From: Iphione sp. A-MEVVRFRX5
Lineage: Eukaryota
NCBI GenBank assembly: GCA_976226885.1
Contig: OZ320321.1
Coordinates: 20,894,001-20,958,000, forward strand
Direction: 5' to 3'
Length of the DNA: 64,000 bases
How positions within the stretch are numbered: position 1 is the stretch's first letter; each line of letters opens with the position of its first letter. The position numbers were made by a program, and so were the translations under genes. The notes under the pieces are model-generated. The model worked only from the letters and a program-made list of their open reading frames with translations, did not search any database and was not told the origin of the DNA. Positions 1-11,554 of the stretch are shown piece after piece.

Positions 1-1628
1 TTACTCAAATATATTATCCATTAGAATCTTGAGACTTATGCAAATTTATGTAAATGAGAAGTAAATATTGAAAACTGTAATATTTGAACATGCTCAGTGG
101 ATTCCTTGTCAAAAACTGTATTAGTTGTGTAATTTTCATAAGGATAGATGAAGATCCCGTTTTATAATTAAAATATCTATTATATCTGTAAAAACATGAA
201 ATCTGAGGGTCCATCAAAGTAAGTCCTAATAGCCATTGTTCTCTCATCCTGTTTTTATGAAATTCTTGGTTACATTTTTGGCCATAACTTTTTTGTTTAT
301 TTCTTGTTTTCAAAAATTCAAAAAACATGTTATTCCTGCTATTGAGCTCCATAAGATGTGAGTGAAAAACAATCAAAATACTTGATATAAAAAAACTCAT
401 TCTCATTGCTAAGGAAAGCCGGCCTTATGAGCCTCGTAAGGACTCCAATATTTCAATCTGTGGGTTGCACAGCCAGAAGAACTGAGATTAGTCTAATTCT
501 ATGTTTATATTCTTTATTAGTGCAGTCCCCACTGACATTTGTGACACTCAAACTCGTCGGATTTCCCTATGATATACTTTTTCATGAAAAAGGCATCATC
601 ACACGGAGCCTCTTATCATCAATTTGTTTCTTTCTATTGTATGTAGTCTATACAGGGGTGTACGTCTACACATACGTGTATATACATCTACAGTACACGG
701 ACAGGTATATCCAAATGTAGCCTTTCTGTATATTGCTTCAACTGATAAGTATTCCAAAGCTGAGGGCATATGCTAAAAATACCCATAATCTGTATACCCC
801 CGGTACCGTACTTTCTTAACATGATATGCTTTATGTTTTATGGCTTTTAACTAAATAATATCAACTACGGATCAACTATACAGCTGCACAGCTGTTGAGA
901 TGCTACTAGAACAGTGTAAACATTTTCTTCTTCATTTTTGTCTCTGTTTTTTTCTTTCATTTTTGAGGGGGAAGGGAGTGTCTAAATATCTCTCAAAACA
1001 TATTCGAGGAGATGGTCTTGGGAGAAAAATTTAAGTTGGTTGAACTTCTCTAAAGTGTCTGAGAAGTCTTTTAATGCAAGAACAACATTAGGCGGTGATA
1101 TAAGATATGTAGGAGACTGAACCTATGGACGACGACGTGTCTCAACTGTCATCACTGGTACTTAGCCGTAAGAGAAGGTAAACAAAACACCGGGCATGTC
1201 ACGAGCCACGCAACACAGACAACCACGTACTAACCAGCATTCCCTGAATCCATCAACACACACAGTTATTTGAACCCGTTTTACGAGATAAGGACAGGAA
1301 CTAAATTATAATCTTAATTTGATGTTGCCTAAGGCTGAGACTAAGCAACGAAAACGGATTCGCACATCAGCTGCGTGGAAACTGGAGGGGCGATACCGGC
1401 TTAATTAGAACATGATCCCAGCGTCCTAGACATCGCCAAACAATATTTCCAATCTGTGAATACAAGATGTATTCAAAACGCTACTTTACATATCGGCTGG
1501 ACGTACCTTATGATATTCTTCAGGGCGAAAGCAGTAGAAATAACCTAACTCCTTCACTCAGCTCTACACACACCTACGTGTTCTCTAAGCCTCGAAATCA
1601 ACTTGACACACTAGTAAGGGGACATCTG

Positions 1629-1889
1629 ATTGGCTAACCCAGTTAGCAACTCTGGGGGATTTCAAAGCGATTATTTACTTTATTCAGAGGATGAAGTAAA
1701 TTATTTCCTGGTTAAGAGAATAGGATACACAACTCATTTGTATTGTACATGATTTGCAATCGAGGGTTTTCCTATTTAGAGTTTTGTCTGTTATGAGCTG
1801 GCTGAAGATAATGACCATCCAATCAACAACAAGGAGAGATTGAGTCACTTTCCCGGCAGGCACAGCGCCAACAACAAACATGGCGGCGC
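1629..1889. promoter_or_regulatory. Promoter-like region: ATTGG (1629), CCAAT (1819), YY1-type aaacATGGCGGCG (1877-1889)
   Basis: Motif matches only. Confidence 0.35.
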
Positions 1890-3033
1890 CCGTCGGAGGT
1901 GACCAGAGTGTATTACAATGAACTCCATCGTCCCAATTTGGTGAGAGCATTTATTCATTATTAGATTCACCACTAAACATTAAGGGGAATACTTTGAGAA
2001 AATTTATGCGTTGCTAGATGATTGTCTGTCTTGTCAAGGCAGTTTTTAGCGAAGATGAGTGTGAATTTGACAGTTCATCGGGTGACAGGTCGTTGTCCGG
2101 TGTTCCTCCCTCAGCTCCGCCTCCCGTGAAACCACCCTCGTCACCACCAAATATTCTCTTGTTTATCTCCTTAAATTGTAAGTGACTCAGTTTGTTCTAG
2201 ATTTCCCATCTGGTTTAACAAAGACATACAACTGGCCGTTCTTTATTGTTTGAAAATTGTGCTAACTTTGGAAAAGAACTTGCTCCTGCCTACGTCAGTC
2301 AAGGCAGGGGCCACGTCCAGGGTTGTTTATTACCCACCGAGGGAGTGCCCATGACTTTATTTGTGCACTGTGACGTAATCTGAATATAACTGTTTCTCTC
2401 TGGGTTGACCCCAATACTAATAAAAACGCTCTTCCGGTGCTGTGAAAATATATAAAAGATGATTATAAGAACCGTGAGTTCATTTTCTGGTAGACTGTCG
2501 CTATGGTATGGGTGTGCATTTCCTGGATGTTTCTCATAATCCTCTGAGCACCATAATTTTACGATCTGTTTAGAACCACCCGCATACATTAACTACTGCT
2601 TTTGATGAAAAATTTATAGATATATTTACGTTAATGACACGCTAACATGAAAGAAATGATAGTTATATGGTAGTATATATGGCCAGATGGGTATGTCTCC
2701 GATTGATCACATTTATGGGCTGCTTGCACTGTCAGAATCTGTTTTTAAATAAGACGTCAACAAGTTTTTTTCCACATTATTCTGGACGAAGGAAGTAGTC
2801 GGAGTCAGATTGATAGTTTTCTTACGAAGCGTCCAGGATAATATTGTGCTCCATAGCAGCCTTGCTTCCTGCATGATTCACGTATTCCGTGAAAGCTGGC
2901 AAGATAGTTTGAGGGTGGCGGTGTAGGTGGCCAAACAGGGCTGCTACTGGTTGCGGAGCACGTGGGAGGAGGTAAATCTCCTACAATTCACAGTTTGCTT
3001 CATGAAATTACCTTAAATCCACAATAACACCAC

Positions 3034-3170
3034 NNNNNNNNNNNNNNNNNNNNNNNNNNNNNNNNNNNNNNNNNNNNNNNNNNNNNNNNNNNNNNNNNNN
3101 NNNNNNNNNNNNNNNNNNNNNNNNNNNNNNNNNNNNNNNNNNNNNNNNNNNNNNNNNNNNNNNNNNNNNN
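3034..3170. other. Assembly gap (N); further gaps at 23812-24001, 44890-45044 and 52144-52272
   Basis: N runs, mostly abutting simple repeats. Confidence 1.
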
Positions 3171-4435
3171 TGTATGTCTCATGTATATGCATGTTTGTGT
3201 CTCTGGTCTCCACATTGCATCTAGCTGTATTAATTTGGCAACCTATTTTACCCTCATGTACCTATAACCTTATATCCGAACAGAATGATCTGAAACAGAC
3301 TTTGTTTGGTTATCCAAGCCGTCTCTCTCTAAATATATGTATGTATATACTTGTTAATATGCACACAAGTATATATACATGTATGTAAATATATTCATAT
3401 ATATGATTAATTCTACCAATTTTTGGACCAGTCCCAGAGAAAACATTGTAGAGAAAATGTACCTAAATGAGGAAAAACTTTGTAGTGTAAACTATGCATG
3501 TTTTAATTTAAAGAACAGTAGAAAATGTACAATTTCACAAGGAGTAGTAATGTTACAGGATGAATTAAGAAGTGCCAAAATGTACATTTTTTCTTTTCGT
3601 GCTCACCTGAAATTCCCTGGAGATATATAAAATATTCATCGATAGATACATTTAGGGTAAGACATATCTGAGGTACTGACATCACTCATTTAAAATTATG
3701 GTAATGACCCATTATTGTAAATAAATGCACTATCGTCTGTTATGTGAGACTGTTAGCAGTATAATAAAAATTCCTTCAGCCTTTGCTACTAATTTACTGG
3801 AACCCCTGCGCTATTTTTAAATGGTTCACTCTTTGAAGCACATAGGCTCTGATTTTTGTGCCCACGTAGACGCATGTCTGGGTTGAAGAAGTATACTTTT
3901 TGGCTGAATGACCCACAAACCGATTCACCTGGGTAAGGTATTGAGGGTTCCCATCAATTGTAGATTCTTAGTGTATTTACCTCAGTAGAAGCTATATAGT
4001 TGAACCATCTAATTGCCTGATCGCTTTTCAGCTCATAGCTCCACCCACCATGATATATCACAAATACATGTATATGCTTCCAGCATAGGCAAGCTGATGA
4101 TTCTCTAACTCAAGCCTGACATGTTAAATAGAACTGAACATAAGTCTGTTTAACTTACAGTGAGTGACCTTTGATATATTTTCTCTTTGCATGAAATGTT
4201 TCAAAATTCCATCTGTAATATGTCTGAAGATATCCATAGATGGCATTGACTTAAATTCTAGACATCTTTGTTTTCTATAGTCTCAGTTCCAACCCACTCT
4301 GAAAGCTGTGCTATGATTGGTTGATCAAACTGTTATGTCACAAAAAGCCATTTGTTAATATGCTCATTCACTCAAAACATAAAAGTTTTGAATAGACACG
4401 AGGCTATTTTCAGTACTGTAAAACAAATACAGCTG

Positions 4436-5721
4436 TACAAGCGACTCCGCCTAAAGCGACCACCTAAGGGACTGAGCTTAAGTGGTCGCCTTAGGCGAAT
4501 GGTCGCCTAAGGCATTGGGTGTCTTTCTGTCTCCCTATTTTCCTCTTTCTCTGTCTGTCTGTGTCCCTCTCCCTCTCTCTGTCTCCCTCTTTCTCTCTCT
4601 ATGTCCCTCTCTCTGTCTCCTTCTCAATGGGGAATATTATGGGGAAAAGAAGTCCAAATTAACTGAATATTATGGGGAAAATATCCAAATTAACTGAATA
4701 CTATGATGAAAAAGTCCAAATTAAGTGAATATTATGGGGAAAAGAAGTCTAAATTAACTGAATATTATGGGGAAAAGAAGTCTAAATGAACTGAATGTAA
4801 AATGAAGAAATAAAACTGAAATTAAGAATAGCTTGAGTTTCCGCTGTCAGACCCTCAAATTGGTGGGGAGCAGACCCATGGTCGCCCCGGCTACCCTCAA
4901 ACAACCATGACAGGAGTTCCTCAAGGGTCGTTTTCATAGTGTTTATTGGGTATGTGGGCCGGTGGTCGCCCTGGTTACCCTCAGACAACGCAAACTTGGC
5001 TTGAGTCCCCACCATCAGACTCTCAAATTAGCGGGAAACAACCCTATGGTCGCCCCGGTTACCCTCAAACTACCGCAACAGGAGTTCTTCAAGGGTCTTT
5101 TTCATAGTGTTTATTGGGTATGTGAGCCGGTGGTCACCCCGGTTACCATCAGACAACGCAAACTTGGCTTGAGCCCCCACTGTCAGACCCTCAAATGGGC
5201 GAATGGTCGTCTTAGACACCTTGAAATCATGACTTTAGTACCAGCATAGGACACTAGGTGTCTCCCTGAGATACAGCCCAGTGGCGCCACCACAGTCAGC
5301 CATCTTGGTTGTTGTCACTTTTAGTCTAGCAGTCACCCAGTTCAGACCTGTCTTGGGATTCTTACTGTTCTAATCTGTCAGCTATTTTTCCCACATTTGA
5401 TGGGGTTGCGTTTGGCAAGCATCCTGATGTTGTCAGGGTTCTTACTGGTGGCGCCACTGGGCTGTATCTCAGTTAGACACCTGTGTCCTAATACTGGTAC
5501 AAAGTCAAGGTCACACTTCACTGTAAGTTTGTGTAACCCACTAATTTTGGTACTGCAAATAATGGTCTTAATAGCCGAATGGTCGCCCTAGCCATTGGTC
5601 ACAATGGGCGTCAGTTATCATATAAGAAATGTACTAAAATTCTATCCGTTCTGAGCAAAACTGGTTTCACTGGCCGACTGGTCACCCTAGGTGACTGGTT
5701 GCAGGGTGAGACTCTCCTGTA
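4436..5721. mobile_element. TA-flanked non-autonomous DNA transposon copy A (internal 31-33-bp and 168-bp tandems, nested MITE)
   Basis: Begins TA-caagcgactccgccta and ends ctctcctg-TA; sequence is the reverse complement of copy B. Confidence 0.75.
5231..5506. mobile_element. MITE with ~60-bp TIRs nested in copy A; fragments recur near 31040, 35570, 35935, 54020 and 62525
   Basis: gactttagtaccagcataggacactaggtgtctccctgagatacagcccagtggcgccacca versus its near reverse complement at 5446-5506. Confidence 0.75.
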
Positions 5722-5858
5722 TATTCTTTCCTACTTAAAACAAATCTCTAATGGTGCACAGAAATGCCACAGATCAACGGAAAGCCAGGGTCAAAGATGT
5801 TCATTTTAGTGTCTGGGAAGAATAAAGACCTTTACCATTGGATAAGGGAAACTGCATT

Positions 5859-5889
<31 letters not shown>

Positions 5890-5960
5890 TTTGAATTCAT
5901 AGAACAAACAACCCTAAAAGGTCGGTGTTTCCCAACTGAGCTGTCATGGCATATAGATAT

Positions 5961-6565
5961 TACAGGAGAACCCCACCATGCGACCAGCCGCTTGGGGCGA
6001 CCAGTGGCCCATGTCGACCACTTTTGCTCAGAACGGATGGAATTTTAGTACATTTTCTATATGAGTCACCTCGCCCATGGCGACCACTTGGCTTGGGCGA
6101 CCATTTGCCCATTAAGACCACTATTTCCAGTACCAAAGTCATGATTTCAAGGTGTCTATGGCGACCACCAGCCCACATACCCAAATAAACACTATGAAAA
6201 TGACCCTTGAGGAACTAATTTAGACTTCTTTTCCCCATAATATTCAGTTAATTTGGACTTTTTCCCCATAATATTCAGTTAATTTGGACATTTTCCCCAT
6301 AATATTCAGTAAATTTGGACTTTTCCCCCATAATATTCAGTTAATTTAGACTTCTTTTCCCCATAATATTCCCCATAGAGAAGGACAAATAGAGAGGGAC
6401 ATAGAGAGAGAGAGGGAGACAGAGAGAGAGGGATACAGAGAGAGGGATACAGAGAGAGAGAGAGGGAGACAGAGAGAGGGACCCAATGCCTTAGGCGACC
6501 ATCTGCCTAATGCGACCACTTCAGCTCAGTCCCTTAGGTGGTCGCAATAGGCGGGTTCTCCTGTA
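5961..6565. mobile_element. TA-flanked non-autonomous DNA transposon copy B (inverted relative to A)
   Basis: TIRs TA-caggagaaccc ... gggttctcctg-TA; 6481-6565 is the reverse complement of 4436-4520, and 6222-6372 of 4632-4790. Confidence 0.8.
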
Positions 6566-6985
6566 TTTATTTTTGAAATCTCATATGATTTAGTTGAAAA
6601 ACGTCTGAATATTTCAAAATTAAGTGACTAAAGAATGAGGTGAAAAGCTGTGCAGGAATTGGAGGTTTGTTATTGTTGCAAATTTTTTATTGGAGCAAAT
6701 TTAATCAGATAAATTTAAAAGCATAGCCTTTGCATAAGTCAGTCTGTAAAGCATTTTTTTGATAGATTTATATCAGTAACTATAGAAAACTCCTACTACC
6801 TACATGTGACTCCTCTCTATTTCAGTGATCCTAACATACCATTATTTTCTTTTTAAATAAGTTTGTAATTGACTTGACTTCTGTAAAGCATTTAAGTTCC
6901 CTGACCGCCCCCCCTTCTGCAAATGTACCTTCACTCTCTTTAAGTTGTGTTCTTTCATAAGAAATAATATTAAAAAGTTAATATG

Positions 6986-7298
6986 TACTGGTATACCTCT
7001 ATAAACAAACTGTGTGGATTTTTTTTGGTATCACTCCATAGTGGGAAACTTCATTGTGAGAGACTACTTCATTCTGCATATCATTCCTGTGTGAATTTTC
7101 AATGCTTCTGAATTGATACCTGTAAAATATTTCTGATTGTCCATAATGCTATACGTATGTCTATAGGTTTTCCCTTTATTCTCTAAGTTATTTTTTTGTG
7201 AGAAGAGGTTGGTAGGCCACAATATTTCAACGGGAAACCCAACTCCTTCATAAAGGAGCCTCGTTCCCAGAGGCTTCGTTAGCAGAGGTTTACCTGTA
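6986..7298. mobile_element. TA-flanked MITE (Tc1/mariner-pogo-like), same family as 17580-17877
   Basis: TA-ctggtatacctct ... agaggtttacctg-TA; shared internal gcatatcattcctgt.tgaattttcaatgc. Confidence 0.75.
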
Positions 7299-7541
7299 AT
7301 GCCATCACGAGTCACATTTCGTTAAATATGATAGGATGTATTTTTTTGGTCTGCCAAGCTGTGTCCTGCGCGGAATGTTCAATATGATACATCAAAATAC
7401 GGCTCAGAAACCGTTTTTTTATTATAGTGCAATCAAGCGCCCTCAATGGATAGATCATAATCTGGATATGACCTGGAATCGGGAAGCTTTATTCAGAACG
7501 CTTGGCTGTCCGCAATCTCCTGTATATTGACGTATTTACTG

Positions 7542-7555
7542 GTTGCCATGGCAAT
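7542..7555. promoter_or_regulatory. RFX X-box-like palindrome GTTGCCATGGCAAT
   Basis: 13/14 match to the GTTGCCATGGCAAC consensus; a donor-like aat|gtaaga lies at 7654. Confidence 0.5.
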
Positions 7556-9769
7556 ATGGCAGGGACGAATACAGAGCACCGTGAATGACAACCTGGAATT
7601 TTTACAGTCCAGAGCGCCCAAACAGCCGGTAGCACTCTTATTCAGAGGGGAATGTAAGAGAATGTTGGCCATGTTTCATTCGCCATGATTTGGACTGATA
7701 GCAGACTTGAGTGGAAGATTTCAGAGAAGCATAGAATAGAATGAGGTTTCCCCTTTTTGATGGTGAGGACTCGTGCATGTCCTGTAACCAGAGTGAAGCA
7801 TCTGTTCAACAAGGAGGGCTATATGAAGGGAATAGAATTATTTCCCCCCACATACCTTGCAGGGTGATGTAGAGAAAGTGTGAATGCTAATATATGGAGC
7901 AGAAGATACTGCTTAAACAGCTGTTAGTACAGATTTCACTAAGTTAGAAGGCAGAATTTAAAAGCAAATGAAATGGAAACATGTGGGCTCCATGGAAAAC
8001 CTAATGATATGTCGAAAAATGACTGAAAGTAGTAGAAAAGTTGTATCTACGTCATTAGTGTCAGTGGACAAACAAATATATATTAAATAAAAATATTTCC
8101 CCACAGATACAATGCATAATGCTTCAGTGAAGAAGGTCTAAGCATAATGAACTGACCAGTTTATAGGTGGTGTAAAAAGTGTTTCTTGGAAAGCAATGTT
8201 TTGAAATTTATGTCATTGCGATATATATATATATACATATACACATGTGTGTTTATAAATATACTCCATAGATCAAAATGTAAACATGAGTGATGAGGTG
8301 GGCGCCCGCGGAAATTGGTCTTGGCATTACACATATCAAGATACATGTACATGATGTGTGAATGCAGATAAATGTGGTCGTCAACTTAGCCGAACATAAT
8401 AGAGAAATTAGTAACCAGATCATTAATATCGTTGAAAATTGATATATATATATATCTCCTCACGTTCCCCACTCCGATGACAGGGGCTGGATGTACGTTG
8501 TTACTTGGTAGACGATCTGCTGCGTATATTTTTCTGAAACAGTAGGTGACTTTATTTATCGCTACTTATTCAAAACAGCTACAGGAAATAGAGTTGAATA
8601 TATTGAAACGAGGAGGAACGTACTCTGTGACTAGCTGAAATTATAAGCAGCAGTAAAAGTAGTTCCTCTCTGCGGTTCCCTCCTATCAGCTTTCTGATGA
8701 TAAAATTAACAAGGTTGCTTTCTATGTGTTCCCTTGATACTATATGCGGAAGTGGACGACACCATGGATGTATTTTATGACAAAAAAATAGAATAGAACA
8801 AAGTGGTGAAATATCCTGCACTATTTCTTCAGCTGAGTGTACATGTAGTAATATGTGTTCCATGATGTCGCTGTATTGTGAGAAACAGGGTAATAAATGT
8901 CCAGTCAGACCCCTATTAACGGAGCCCCATTGAGAGGAACACTCAATCGACCATCATTTTTATAATGATTGAATTATCATAAAATGTGAACATTCCTGTA
9001 GATCTTTAGTGGGTGATTCATTGTCCAAAAGAAATATAGGCGGGAAACAGAGAAGATCTACTTGACTCCGTAAGGAAGGAGCTTCTTTATCCCGGGACCT
9101 CTTTTAGAGGAAGTGACATTGTATATTATATGTGTCGTATATGAATCCATTCGTCTTCAGAACTGTAAAAAAAAATACGATGCCTATCCCTAAGTTTGTT
9201 TTTTCTTGTGAATTGTACTGTGATACATTAGAGAAGGTGTTTTCTCGTAGATATTTATACATTGTATTCAGTGCTCAACCCTCTGGGTCCGTTAGTGCTT
9301 GCAGGCAGTACCATGCCACACTGGCTAGTGCCTCCAGGCACTACCTCGGGCAGCAGCGGAACACTGCCTCCAGGCACTTAGCACTAGAGCAGTAGCTAGG
9401 TAAAATGCCTCTGCTTAGAGGCGCAAGTTAGTCGGTCTGCAATGGTTATGCCCTTGGATATTATTCAGACCCACAGGGTAAAACATCAGACTTAAAATGA
9501 ATTACCTTTCGACTACAAAAGAACTTGCTGTACAAAATACTTTGTACAAATATGCGACGAAAATTAAGAGAGTTGCTATAGCAGTTCTAATTGATCTGCA
9601 TGACGCATATGTTGTAAACCTGGTACTGTGTGTTAAAACATAATCTTTTTCTTTCTTATTTTTTTTAACTTTTTTTTGACCAGCCGATGAGCGTAGACAA
9701 CAGCTGTTGATGGGGAGGTGATACGTTTGGGAGGAGTGAGCGAGTGGACTGTGTGAGTAGCTCAGCACC

Positions 9770-11554
9770 ATGTCTCACCAGGAGACGGAGTATGACGAGG
9801 AGGCGGCCATCCGGACGGCCATGGCCCTCAGCATCCTCACCGTGCAGGAGGACGACCGGCGCCGCAAGGAGAAGTGGGGCACCTTCGCGCCGCTCGCGCC
9901 CGACCTGAGCAGCGCGGCGGCGGTGGCTCAGGACGCGGCGGCGGCGACGACGACGACCGGGAAAAGCCTGACGGGCGCGCCGCCGCCCATGAGGCGGCCC
10001 GCCTCGGCCGGCACCTTGACCAGTCAGCAGAAACCTCAGTCGGGATCTGGCCAGACTCCCAGGTCGAGCCCACCCTTGGGTAGCATCGCGCGGCCGCGGC
10101 CTCAGTCGTCGACCAAGCCCGTCGTGGGCAAAGATGGCGGCGGCAGTGTGTTAGGGCTGAGCGGACCGCCCCCGCCCCTGCCGGTGGTGGGCCCGAACGC
10201 TCGTAGTTGTCAGCAGCAGCAGCAGATGGGTGGCAGCCGCGAGGATTTACAGTCTGCCCCGACCATCCTACTGCAGGGACCGCCGCGGTCGCCACGAGGT
10301 GCTCGGAGGAGCTCGGACATCGCCAACCCCAACATCGGCGGCGGCGGGGGCGGGAACGTGCGCAACAGCCTCAACGCGCACATGTTCGAGCCGCAGCCGT
10401 TGATCAGCTTGTCTCCCCCCGCCGCCAACACGCACGACTTTGACATAAGTAGTCTGGATCCACTTTGTTCAAAGTCTGATGACGCCTCTGATGGTGCCGT
10501 CGTGGCCGTCAGCCACCAGCCGCCCGTGCCGCCGCCGGCGGCCAGCAGAGGGATCACCATCCGCAACCCCATGTTCGAGCTGGGGGGTAGCTACCTGCCC
10601 ACTTACGGCATGCAGACTGGTCATACGGGGCAGGCCGTCCCGGCTCCCACTTCCTCGGCCAACTCCTCTACTACTACTACCCTGGGCGTCTTCGGAACAA
10701 CCACAAGTGCCTTGTCCTCATTGCATGCGCCCCCGTCGAAAGGCATTGCCGACGGCGGCGTCCGGAACAAAGGTGCCCTGCTCGCCCCCGGTGGTGTCGG
10801 CGTGGTCTCTGGCATGGCGGCGGAGGGTAAGGGCAAGACCCACCAGCCTAACTGTATCTCCGGCGTCACCCCCGCCATCCCGGGCTCCTCCTCGTCGTCC
10901 TCCTCCATGGCCACCCTCGACGGGGCCTCCTCCTCACAGTCGTCGACGCCGTCGCAGTCGTCGACGCCGTCGTACGCCTCCACGCCGCAGGTCTCCACGG
11001 CCTCCTCCACCTCCGGTGACCTCATGGACTTTGGGCTCTCCGATGACGAAGACCCGGCGCACGAGTTCCTCAGCCTGGAGATGTTCGACCCCTTGTACCG
11101 CCTCGACCCCGCCGGAGCGCGCGCCGTCGACTCCTTCGAAGCGCTGGCCGGGCGGCTGGCGGCCGACGAGCAGCGCCGACCGTCGCGCATGGGGGTGGTC
11201 GCCGTCGGACCTGCCATCCCGGAAAACGGCTCGCCCAAGTCGGTGGGGTCGCCGGTGCCCTCGCCGGCCCTGCCGACGACGGTCGACGCCTCGCCGCAAC
11301 AGTCGCTCGCCAGCGAGGAGGAGTCGACGATGACGACGACGAGGGAGGGCAGCACGGAGGACGGCGAGCTGCAGGACCCGTTCGAGATGACGGCCCTGAC
11401 GAGTGCCCTGGAGAGGAAGCGCGCCCAGCACGCCCAGGAGCAGGAGAGGCGGGACGCCTTGCTCAGACACAAGGAGGGCGGCGAGCGGGTCCAGACCCCG
11501 GCCGCCAAGCGGCAAGGCATCGTCCGACGGAACTCCCACCTCGAGAGAGGCAAG
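9770..11554 (+). CDS. PIK3C2A: PI3K-C2 coding exon 1: 595-aa low-complexity N-terminus
   Basis: ATG in good context (cagcaccATG), 601-aa ORF, donor AAG|gtgagc at 11555 phase 0. A strong polypyrimidine acceptor at 9683 implies an upstream non-coding exon. Confidence 0.92.

Noticed and set aside
4962-6188. ORFs within the palindromic transposon composite
   Set aside because: Repeat-derived, with no transposase DDE/DDD or HTH features
9761-9780. REST/NRSE-like tcagcaccatg at the PI3K start codon
   Set aside because: Only the left half-site matches; explained by the Kozak context plus ATG
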